NCBI RefSeq assembly: GCF_963921235.1
Contig: NC_086100.1
Coordinates: 201,378,001 to 201,442,000, forward strand
Source of the DNA: Mobula hypostoma
Lineage: Eukaryota
Direction: 5' to 3'
Length of the DNA: 64,000 nt
Shown piece by piece: positions 26,701-38,700 of the stretch. How positions within the stretch are numbered: the stretch's first letter is position 1; each line of letters opens with the position of its first letter. The translations under genes were made by a program, and so were the position numbers. Below the pieces are notes generated by a model. It was not told the origin of the DNA, made no database searches, and saw nothing but the letters and a program-made list of their open reading frames with translations.

Positions 26701-29700
26701 TTTCTGTTCTGTGAGCTGGTAAAGTGGTGATGAGGACCAGTGTTACACTATTTTTGTTTTGAAGGCTGGTGAGGTGGTAGGTGAAGACTGGTATTACACC
26801 ATTTTTGTTCTGAGGATTATTGAGGTGGTAGGTGAGGGCTGGTGAGGTGGTAGTTGAGGATCAGTGTTACACCATTTCTGTTCAGAGAGCTGGTGAGGGC
26901 TCCAATAGCAATTGGGGGGCAGGACCATCCCCATATTTTCAAAAAAGATGACATCTCAGATGTCCTGGAGTGTTAAGTTCTCGGCATAAGAAAAGATGTG
27001 GTGGAGACAGAAGGATTGAGAAAGGGGAATGGCATCATTTCAGGTAACAGGGTGGGAAGCTGTACTGTGTGAGTCAGTGGGTTTGTGGAAGATGTTGGGT
27101 ATTCTATCTCCTGGAATGGAGACAGGGAGCTGGAGATATTTGTGAGATATGTTGGGGATGGACCAAGTGGACTTGAGGACAGTGTGCATGTTGGCAGTGA
27201 AATTGATGAAATTGATGAGCTCCACACAAATGCAGAAAGCAGCAGCAATGCAGTTATCGGTGCAGCAGAGTAAGAATTGGAGAGTGGTGATGGTAGGTTT
27301 GGAGCACGGATTGTTCACAAAAAGGCAGACATAATGGGGGCCTGTTCCAGTGTGCATGACTACACCTTTGTTTTGATGATAGAGTGAGGAGCTTACAGAG
27401 AAATTGTTAACACAAAATAATCTGCAGACGCTGTAAAAGATCAAAGCAACACTTTCAGTACGCTGGATGAACTCAGCAGGTCGGGCAGCATCAGTCAGAA
27501 ACGATGAGTCGACGTTTCGGGCCAGAACCCTTCGTCAGGACTGAAGAACGAAAGATGGGGAAGGATTTGAAGAATGCTTGTAGCGTCAGTTGAAAGACCA
27601 GTAATTTGAAAGACAAAGGGGTGGGGGAGGGGAAGCATTGACGTCTGTGGTAGCGGGTCTGAGTCAGGATGTGGTCGGAGAGGCGGAGATCACAGAGGGG
27701 GAGCAGTGAAAGAGGGTTTCACTGAACTCCCGTCAAAGAGAGGATTTAAACTTGTTGAGAAATTTCAGACCCGCTACCACAGACGTCAATGCTTCCCCTC
27801 CCCCACCCCTTTGTCTTTCAAATTACTGGTCTTTCAACTGACACTACAAGCATTCTTCAAATCCTTCCCCATCTTTCATTCTTCAGTCCTGACGAAGGGT
27901 TCCGGCACGAAACGTCAACTCATCGTTTCTGACTGATGCTGCCCGACCTGCTGAGTTCATCCAGCGTACTGAAAGTGTTGCTTTGATCTTTTACAGCATC
28001 TGCAGATTATTTTGTGTCGACAATTCGCTACTCTGCTGCGAAGTCTCTTCGAGGTATGCCTACCCTGAAGAATTTAAATCCTCTCTTCGACGGGAGGTCA
28101 GTGAGAAATTGTTGAGGGGTGAGGACCAGTTCTGCCAGACAGAGGAGAGTGTTAATAGAGGGGAAATAGTTGCGTGTGTGTTCCAGAAAGAAACAGAGCC
28201 TCGAGACCTTTCTGCTGGGCAACAGAAGCGTACAGGGACTAGATGTCCTTAGTGAAAATGTGGCAGTCAGGGTCAGGGAACTTGAAGTTGTTGAAGTGGT
28301 GGAGAGCATGTGAGGTGTTGCAGATGTAGAGGGGGAAAGGATTGGTACAATATGGAGTCAATATGTGAGAAGACATACCGAGTAGGTTAATTGGTAATTG
28401 TAAATTGTCCGATGATTAGGTTAGGGCCAATTGGGGTTATTGGGAGTTGCTGGGCAGCATGGCTTGAAGGACTGATCAGAAGGGTCTGTTCCACACCGTT
28501 GCTAAATAACGAAATATAATAAATAAATAAGATGGGTTCAGCAGGGCAGAAACAGTGAGCCTACCAGGGTAGTTTTATTTGGCTTGGTAATGCTGGCCAG
28601 TTGTTTATCAGACTGGAGATCTCTGACTAGTTGTTGGCCCCTGACTAGTGGTGCTCCCAGGACCCAGTGCTAGACCCATTGCTATTTGTGACCTGTATCA
28701 ATGACTTGAATGAGAATATCCCTGCAGGCCCCTCCCCTCCATGTACCTATTCAAGGACTTTTACATTATACTGCTGTATCTGGCTGAATCACTACTTCTG
28801 GCATTCTATGTATTCACCTCCCTTCATGAAAAAAGTTTCCCCTTGGATATCTTTCTTTTATTGTACGTTGCAGGTTCTCTATTTGACACCATTTTCTAAC
28901 ACACCTTTCATGCATCACCTGTCTGCTCACTGACCTTCCACTGCCTCTGGCTTACGCTTAAATCTCTCAGTGGTTTTGCTTTCATCTTTTACAGTATCAG
29001 TGAACAGACTTCTTATGGATCAGCAATAAATGACAATTTAAATTACAATATGACTTTCTCTTTCAGTATCAGAGTGCTTTCAGCAGCAAACGAAAAGTTC
29101 TCAATCGATTGGCTAATGCTGCTAATTATGTGGATTTGGTGAGTACCACAACAAGTGATTAAACAATAGTACAGGGAGTACAATAATTTTCAAAGTCAAG
29201 GTAAATTTAGTATCAAAGTACATATGTATCACCTTCATTTTCTTGCAAGCATCTACAGGAAAATAAAGATATACGATTGATTTTTATGAAAATCTATACA
29301 CAGAAAAAGATTGACAAACAACCAATGTGTAAAAGAAGACAAATTGTGGAAATACAAAATAAATAATACTGAGGACATGAGTTGTAGAATCTGTGAAAGT
29401 GAGTCTGTAGGTTGTGGAATCAGTACAGAGTTGAGGTGAGTGAGGTTATCCACAATGGTTTATCCACAATACGAGCCTGATGGTTGAAGGGTAATGACTG
29501 TTTCTGAACCTGGTGGTTTGACCCTAAGGCTCCTCCTGTAACTCCTGACTGAAGGCGGCAGCAAGAAGAGAGTACGGCCTGAATGGTGGGTGCCCTTGAT
29601 GATAGATGCTGCTTTCTTGTGGCATGCTTCATATAAGTGTGCTCAATGATGGAGAGAACTTTGCCTGTGATCAGCTGCGCTGTATCCACCACTTTGTCCT

Positions 29701-32700
29701 CTTTTGCATATTGGATGTTTGGTGATCTTTGTTATTTGTGGATTCTATTGTATTTATTTTCCTGTGGGTGCCTGAAAGAAAACAAATCTCAAGGTTATAT
29801 ATGGTATTCATATATCGGTAATAAATTTACCTTAAACTTAGTGTGGATTTTTCCATTCTTGGGCATTGGTGTTTCCATGCCAGGCTATGATGCAACCAGT
29901 CAATATGCTCTCCACCACACATAGAACAGTACAGCACAGAAATGGGTATTTGGCCCACAGTGTTGTGTTGAACCAGCTAAAAAGCAAATCAATAACACCC
30001 AAAGACTAATCCGCCCTCTCTCCCTCTCTCTGGCTATCCATCCTGTAGGATGATGATGGTTCCTTTCAGTCAGTTAGTGGGATTTGATATGTACGTCCTG
30101 GAGTGACTGTACAGGCCGATCCTTGATGGACACTGCTTGCCACATACTTGGCAGGTGAGGCCTGGAGGGGCAGCAGGGGCAGAAGCTCTGTTGTGGCGCT
30201 TCCTGTGCCTTTCCTCTGTTTCCTCATTCAGCTTGTTCTGAGCAGCGTCCACACCTTTCCTGATGGCGTCCCTCCACTGTGAGCGATCTTGAGCCAGATC
30301 CTCCCATGTTGATGGGGCAATGTCAGCTTTCTTGAGGCTCCTGTGCAGAACATCCTTGTACCATAGTCACTGGCCTCCTTGTTTTCAGGTACCACTGGAC
30401 AGTTGGCCATACAAGATGTCCTTGGGCAGTCTTCCATCAGGCATTCTGACAACATGTCCTGCCCAGTGCAGTTGGGCTGACATCACCAAGGTTGAAACTG
30501 CTGGCATTCCAGCTCGGGAGAGGACCTCGGTATTGGAGACCTTGTCTGGTCAGGTGATCTTCATCAGAGAACGTAGGTGACGCTGCTGCAGTTGGTCAAA
30601 CTGGCGTAAGTGTCTCTGACATGGGCACCATGTCTCACATCCGTATAACAAGGTTGATATGGCAACGGCCCTGTATACCTTGCACTTGGTGGCCAACCTG
30701 ATGTTCTGTGACCAATCTCGATCTATCAGTTGACCAAAGGCAAAGCAGGCTTTTCCAGTTCTTGACTCAATCTCTACATCCAGAGAAGCTGAGGATGTTA
30801 TTATGCTGCCCAGGTAGCAAAATTTGTTGACAGCATTGAGATGAGTGTCATCAATGAGGACAGTTGGTTCTTCGTAGCTTGATCCAAGAGCCGGTTCATA
30901 CAAAACTTCCATCTTTTTCAGGCTGATTGTCAGGCCGAAGCTTTTGGCTGCACTGGTGATCTCCTGTAAGTCTTCGAGAGAGTGGGCAACCAGTGCACAG
31001 TCATCAGCAAACTGTAGCTCATGCGCCACAATGTCCCTGACTTTTGCTTTTGCTCTCAGTCTTACGAGGTTGAGGAGCCCGCCATCAGCCCTCATTTGTA
31101 GGAAGACCCCTGATTTCAGGTCTGATGTGGCATCCTGAAGAACAGCAGCGAAGACTAGTCCAGTCAGAGTAGCAGCTAGAACACAACCCTGTTTTATGCC
31201 GTTGCTGATGGGAAATGGGCCTGACAACTCACCACACATGTTGATGTGGCCTTCCATGCCTTCGTGGAACTGACGGATGATGTTGGTTAGGTGTGGGGGG
31301 GCAACCGAATTTTGGCAGGAGCTTCCCCAGGCCATCTCTACCAACAGTGTCAAACGCTTTCGTTAGATCAACAAATGTGACATAGAGACTTCTCTGCTGC
31401 TCAACACATTTCTCTTGGAGCTGCCTCAGTGAAAGATTATGTCCACTGTAGTACGGCCTGTTCGAAAACGACACTGGCCTTCTGGAAGGATGTTGTCACT
31501 GATGTTGGACACCAAGCTTCTAAGGATGATCTTCACAAGGCATTTTCCCGCAACTGACAGAAGAGAGATGCCACGGTAGTTGTTGCAGTCTCTCTTGTCT
31601 CCCTTGTTCTTGACTGATGCATCTTTGAAGTCCTGTGGTAGTTCTGCAGCTCCCCACAACTTTGTGAACAGCTGGTGCAGGGCATGATGTCAGTGTGTGA
31701 CCACCATACTGGTAGATCTCAGCTGTGATACCGTCAGGCCCTGGTGCTTTGTTGGGTTTTAGCTGTTTGATGGCTTTGATGACCTCGTGAAGAGTAGGAG
31801 GAGCATCTAGCTCGAACAGTATGGGTCGAGGGTGTACTCTGCCCAGTGCTTCATCGATGATGGTTCCTGGCCTGTTCAGCAGCTCGTGGAAGTGTTCTTG
31901 CCATCTTTTCATGTGCTCTGACTTCTCAGTGAAGATAGATGTACTGTCCTTGCTCAGGAGTTGTGATGGACCATACACAACCTTGATTGCTTTATAGAAG
32001 CTTCTTGAGTCATTACAGTCACGAAGGTTTGTTACTCCTTGGCCTTGTTTGCTCACCACTGGTCTTTCATAGCTCTCAGCTGCCTCTGCAAAGTTGATGT
32101 TGCACTCAGAAAGGCACGTTTTTTGGAATTTGAGTTTGGGTGTTGAAGAAGAGTCTAGTGTGCGGCTGCCTTAGCTCTGAGAAGGTCTTGCACAGATTGG
32201 TTGCTCTCATCAAACCAGTCCTGATGCTTGCACTTGGCTTTCCCCAAGGTATCCTGGGCAGCACTGTACACCGTTTCTTTGAAGGCATACCAGTGCTCAG
32301 TAATATCGTCTGGTGGATGCTCAACCAGTCTGCTTAGAGCAGTTTCCACAGAAGATTTCAGGGCATCAACACACTCGCGATGTTTCAATTTGGTGGCGCT
32401 CAGCTTTTTGGGTGATTTGGCAGCATTCAGTCTGCGTGGAGGTTTGATTGATAGACATAGATACGACCACACCATTTGATGATCAGTTGAGCACTTGGCT
32501 CCACGCTTAACTCTGGTGATACAAACGTCAGAGATGTCTCGTTGTCAGATGACGGCATAGTCAATGAGGTGCCAGCTTTTAGATCGCGGATGCATCCATG
32601 TGCATTTGAGCTTGTCTGGCAATCTGAACAGTGTGTTAGTAATGCACAGTTTGAATTCTGTGCACATCGAGAGGAGCAGTAGACCGTTACTGTTACTGTT

Positions 32701-35700
32701 GCCAACCCCTTGGTGTCCTATCACACCAGGCCACACAGTGGACTCCTTGCCAACCCAAGCATTAAAGTCTCCCAGCAACTGCAGCTTATCGGAAGTTGCC
32801 ACACTACTTATGGAGGTTTTCAGCTCACTGTAGAATGCCTCCTTGACTTCACTGGGATTAGTCAGAGTTGGGGCATAAGCGTTGACTATGGTGAGGTGGC
32901 GTTTTCCTTGCAGAGGTGTACACAAGGTCTGGATTAGGTCATTTACAGCAACAGGCAGAATCGGTAGCTTTGCTGCACGGCAGTTCTTGATAGACAAGCA
33001 CACAACAGTTTCCCTTTATTCATCTTCAGGCCTGCCAGACCAGAAGAATGTGTACCCTCCTTTCTCTTCACAAAGCACTCCCTCTCCAGCGAGTCGGGAC
33101 TCCTAGAGAGCCGCAATGTCCACGCTGTAGTCCTTGAGCACACGAGCAACAAGTGCAGTGCGTCCCTCTGGGCGATCTGAGTTAGCATTGTCCAACAGCG
33201 TTCGTATGTTCCATGAGGTAGCGATCAGGTTCTGCTTGTGATTCTTACCGCTAGAGTTGGACGACCCGCCAGCCGCGACAGACTGGCCAGGTTGGTGTGA
33301 GCGGGCTTTGTTTGAGCCACCTTTTCTAGGCCCTTCCCTAATGATAGAGTGAGCAGTGCCTCCCTGAACAGGGCTGCTCAGACGCAGAGGGTGCTGCCTC
33401 ACCGGATCTCCGCTCTGTAATCCACGTGAGACCACTCTCCCCCGCTGCTTCACCGGGTCTCCGCTCTGCAATCCATGTGCGACCACTCTCCCCAGCTGCC
33501 TCACCGGATCTCCGCTCTGTAATCCATGTGTGACCACTCTCCCCCGCCGCCTCGCTGGATCTCCGCTCTGTAATCCATGTGCGACCACTCTCCCCTGCCG
33601 CCTCACCGGATCTCCGCTCTGTAATCCATGTGTGACCACTCTCCCCCGCCGCCTCGCTGGATCTCCGCTCTGTAATCCATGTGCGACCACTCTCCCCCGC
33701 CGCCTCACCGGATCTCCGCTCTGTAATCCATGTGCGACCACTCTCCCCCGCCGCCTCGCTGGATCTCCGCTCTGTAATCCATGTGCGACCACTTTCCCCC
33801 GCCGCCTCACCGGATCTCCGCTCTGTAATCCATGTGCGACCACTCTCCCCCGCCGCCTCACCGGATCTCCGCTCTGTAATCCATGTGCGACCACTCTCCC
33901 CCGCCGCCTCACCGGATCTCCGCTCTGTAATCCATGTGCGACCACTCTCCCCCGCCGCCTCGCTGGATCTCCGCTCTGTAATCCATGTGCGACCACTCTC
34001 CCCCTGCCGCCTGCATGAAGACTTGTGACTACGCTCCCAGCTGGTCAAGCCTACTGCCTACTGCTTCGCCACTTGTCTGTCACTACAGGACTTGGGTGTG
34101 TTGAGGATACCCCACTCCTCAGAAAGGAACAGCATGTCCGTGAGTGGATTTTAAGTGAGTAGGGGTTGCACAGGTCCAGACCCACCCTCTTGACATCCCC
34201 TCCCGGATCCAGAGGCTGGGGGATGTTCTGTTGTAGTGAATAGCCAGATCAAGCTTCGATACAAGGGATGCCCTTTCCGCGCTTCACGGGACATGTTTGC
34301 TAGATGGCCATTGACCCTATGAGAGGGTTCATCCGCCCTTTGACAAGTCTTGTTTATCGTCCTGCAGGGTGTCTAGCTACCTTCCTCCCCAGGCAAGCCT
34401 GGTGGGGGAACCGGTTTAGTCGCCGACCACCCGACCATGCGACAGGTAGTACTGGGTTAAGTGGTACCAGTAACACTCAGACGAGTGACCTGACGATGAT
34501 TCCTCCCTACTTACACTATGTCTATATTCCTCCATCTTTCCTAAATCCGTGTGCCTATCCAAACGTCTCTTAGAAGCCTCTAATATATTTGCCTCTACCA
34601 CCTTACAAGGCAGGGCATTCCAGGCATCCACCACTCTCTGAGTGAAAAAACATCCCTCACATCCCCTTTGAATCTACTCCCTTCAATGCATGCCCTCTGG
34701 TATTAGACATTTCAACCCTGGGAAACAGATGCTCCCTGTCTATTCTATCCATGCCTCTCAGAACCTTTTAAACCTCTATCAGATCTCCCCAAAGCCTTCA
34801 CCATTCCAGAGAAAACACCCCAAGTTTATCTAGCCTCTCATGATAGCACATGCCCTCTAAAATAGGCACCATCCTGGTGAACCTCTTCTACACCCTTCCT
34901 ATAGTGGGGCAACCAGAACTGTTACAGTACTCCAGATTTGGCCTAAACAGAGTTTTATAAAGTTGCAACATAAGCTCTTGGCTTTTGAACTCTGTGCCTC
35001 AACTAATAAAAGCAAGCACTCCATAAGCCTTCTTAACCACATTTGAAGCCATTTTCAAAGAGCAATATATTAACTTGCACCCCAAGATCTCTCTGCTCAG
35101 CAACACTTAAGGACTGTCTCCTTGCATTTGCCGTACCAAGGTGCAACACTTCACATTTATCTGGGTTAAACTCCATCTGTCATTTCTCTTCCCAGATCTG
35201 CAACATATCTATAGAAGTTTGTCTGTTTAGGGTGACATGCCGAATCCACACAAACGTCTGAGAAAGCAGAGGCACTGTTGTGCCTTCTTTGTGGTGGCAG
35301 TTAAATGCTGGTCTCAGAACAGATCCTGCCATGATAACACCAGTGAATTTAAAGTTACTGACTCTCCACCTCTGACCCCTAATGAAATTTGGCTTATGGA
35401 TCTCCGACTTTACTCCTGTAGTCAATAATCAATTTGTTGCATTTGCTGACATTGAGTGAGAGATTGCATTTGGATCCAATGCAGTTATTAGCCTTCGAAG
35501 GTGGACTGTTCATTGGATGGGCAAAGTGCAGAAATCCCAAGGTTTATTGATTTGTAAACAAGATTAATGAGAGAATTATACAGGACAAGAGAGCAGATAG
35601 GACCATAGAACACTATAGCACAGAAAACAGGCCATAAAGCCCTTCTAGTCTGTGCCGAAACTTTATTGCGCTAGTCCCATTGACCTGCACCCAGTCCATA

Positions 35701-38700
35701 AACCCTCCAGACCTCTCCCATCCATGTATCTATCCAATTTATTCTTAAAACTTAAGAGTGAGCCCGCATTTACTACATCAGGTGGCAGCTCGTACCACAC
35801 TCCCACCACTCTGAGTGAAGAAGTTCCCCCTAATGTTCCCCCTAAACCTTTCACCCTAAAGCCATGTCCTCTCGTATTTATCTCTCCTAATCTAAGTGGA
35901 AAGAGCCTACTTGCATTTACTCTGTCTATACCCCTCATAATTTTGTAAACCTCCCCTCAATCTTCTACGCACCAAGGAATAAAGTCCTAACCTGTTCAAT
36001 CTTTCCCTGTAACTCAACTCCTGAAGACCCGGCAACATCCTAGTAAATCTTCTCTGCACTCTTTAAATCTTACTGATATCCTTCCTATAGTTAGATGACC
36101 AGAACTGCACACAATACTCCAAATTTGGCCTCACCAATGTCTTATACAACCTCCCCATAACATCCCAACTCCTATACTCAATACTTTGATTTATGAATGC
36201 CAGGATGCCAAAAGCCTTCTTTACAACCCTGTCTCCCTGTGATGCCACTTTCAGGGAATTATATATCTGAACTCCCAGATCCCTTTGTTCCTCCGCACTC
36301 CTCGGTGCCCTACCATTTACTGTGTATGTCCTACCTTGATTTGTCCTTCCAAAATGCAACACCTCACACTTGTTTGCATTAAATTCCATCTGCCATTTTT
36401 TGGCCCATTTTTCCAGTTGATCCAGATCCCTCTGCAAGCTTTAAAAGCCTCCCTCGCTGTCCACAACGCCTCCAATCTTAGTGTCATCGGCAAACTTGTT
36501 GATCCAATTTACTACATTATCATGGAGATCATTGATATAGACAACAAACAACAATGATCCCAGCACAGATCCTTGAGGCACACCACTAGTCACAGGCCTC
36601 CAGTCTGAGAAGCAGTCATCCACTGCGACTCTCTGTCTTCTCCCATGCAGCCAATTTCTAATCCAGTTTACAACCTCTCCATGGATACCTAGTGTCTGAA
36701 CCTTCTGAACTAACCTCCCATGTGGGATCTTGTCAAAGGCCTTATTAAAGTCCATGTAGACAACATACACAGCCTTTCCTTCATCTACTTTCTTGGTAAC
36801 CTCGAAAAACTCTACAAGATTTGTTAAACTTGATCTACCACGCACAAAGCCATGCTGACTATCCTTAATCAGCATGGCTTAATCAGCTTGGCTGTCCAAA
36901 TATTTGTATATCCGATCTCTCATAACACCTTCCAATAATTTACCTACTACCAATGTCAGGCTCACTGGCCTGTAATTATCTGGTTTACTTTTGGAGCCAT
37001 TTTTAAACAAAGGAACAACATGAGCTACCCTCCAATCCTCCAGCACTGCACCCGTGGCTAAGGACATTTTAAATATTTCTGCCAGGGCCCCTACAATTTC
37101 TACAACAGTCTCTCTAAAGGTCTGAGGAAGTATCATGTCAGGCCCGGGGGATTTATCTACCTTTATTTGCTGTAAGTCAGCAAGCACCTCCTCCTCTTTA
37201 ATCTCTATATGTTCCATGACACTACTGCTTGTTTCCCTTCCTTCCATATACACTATACCAGTTTCCTGAGTAAATACTGATGCAAAAAAACTGTTTAAGG
37301 TCTCCCCATCTCGTGAGGCTCCACACATAGACGACCACTCTGATCTTCTAGGGGACCAATTTTGTCCCTTACTATCCTTTTACTCTTAATATACTTGTAG
37401 AAACCCTTTGGGTTTACCTTCATATTATCTGCCAAAGCAACCTCATGTCTTCTTTTTGCCTTTCTGATTTCCTTCTTTAGTATTTTCTTACATTTTCTAT
37501 ACTCTTCAAGTACCTCATTTGTTCCTTGTTGCCTATACCTGCTACACACCTCTCTCTTTTTCTTAACCAGATCGCCAATATCCCTTGAAAACCAAGGTTC
37601 TCTATGCCTGTTGGCTTTGCCTTTAATCCTGGCAGGAACATGCAAACTCTGCACTCTCAAAATTTCGCCTTTGAAGGCCTTCCACATACTGAACACATCC
37701 TTGCCAGAAAACAACTTATCCCAATCCACTCGTCCTAGATCCTTTGTCATTTCCACAAAATTGGCCCTTTTCCAATTTAGAACCTCAATTCGAGGACCAG
37801 ACCTATCCTTATCCATAATTAACTTGAAACTAATGACATTATGGTCACTGGACCCAAAACGTTCACCTACACATACTTCTGTCACCTGACCTGTCTGGTT
37901 CCCTAATAGGAGATCAAGTATTGCATCCTCTCTCGTTGGTACCTCTATATATTGATTTAGAAAACTTTCCTGAACACATTTGACAAACTCCAAGCCATCT
38001 AGCCCTTTCACAGTGTGGGAGAGTCAGTCAATATGTGGAAAGTTAAAATCCCCTAATATTACAACTTTTTATTTCTTACATCAGTCTGCCATCTCTCTAC
38101 AGATTTGCTCCTCCAATTCTCTCTGACTATTGGGCAGTCTGTGATACAACCCTATTAGTATGGTCACACCTTTCCCGTTCCTCAGCTCCACCCATATGGC
38201 CTCTGTAGACAAGCCCTCTGGGCTGTCCTGCCTACGCACAGCTGTGTTACTTTCCCTGACTAGTAATGCCACTCCTCCCACTTTCATCCCTTCCCCTCTA
38301 TCATGTCTGGAACAACGGAACTCCAGAACATCAAGCCGTCAGTCCTGCCCCTCCTGCAACCAAGTCTCACTAATAACAATAATGTTGTAATCTCATGTGC
38401 CAATCTATGCCCTAAACTCATCTGCCTTACCCACAATACTCCTTGCATTGAAATAGATGCACCTGAGAACATTTCTATCACGTACGAACCTTTGATTTCG
38501 GTGTGTACATGCAGTCCTCGCATGACCTTTATCCTCCTCCACCTCACTATCTGCTCTAACACTCTGGTTCCCCTCCCCCTGCAAATCTAGGTTAAACCCC
38601 CTGGAGCAGCACTAGCAAACCTTCCCGCAAGGATGTTAGTCCCCCTCCAGTTCAGGTGCAACCCGTCCTGTCAGAACGGGTCCCACCTTCCCTGGAACAA

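Larger units (their letters stand above)
24905..26900. repeat. 51-bp satellite (cactatttctgttctgagggctggtgaggtggtaggtgaggactagtgtta), blocks about 24905-25461 and 26432-26900
   Basis: Units start at 24911, 24962 and 25013; roughly 20 diverged copies. Confidence 0.9.
27409..28102. mobile_element. Young inverted PLE pLTR insertion: 253-bp inverted arms (27410-27662 / 27765-28017) with two hammerheads
   Basis: Arms are near-perfect reverse complements; 11-bp TSD gagaaattgtt (27398-27408, 28103-28113). Confidence 0.88.
24590..28330 (-). mobile_element. Old Penelope-like element (GIY-YIG part about 24590-24900, RT part about 26900-28330), split by a satellite, an LTR and a younger PLE insertion
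   Basis: [19 protein letters not shown]...VQCS aligns with [18 protein letters not shown]...[20 protein letters not shown] and HKPTDSHS align with the RT of the 17128-18969 element. Confidence 0.8.
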
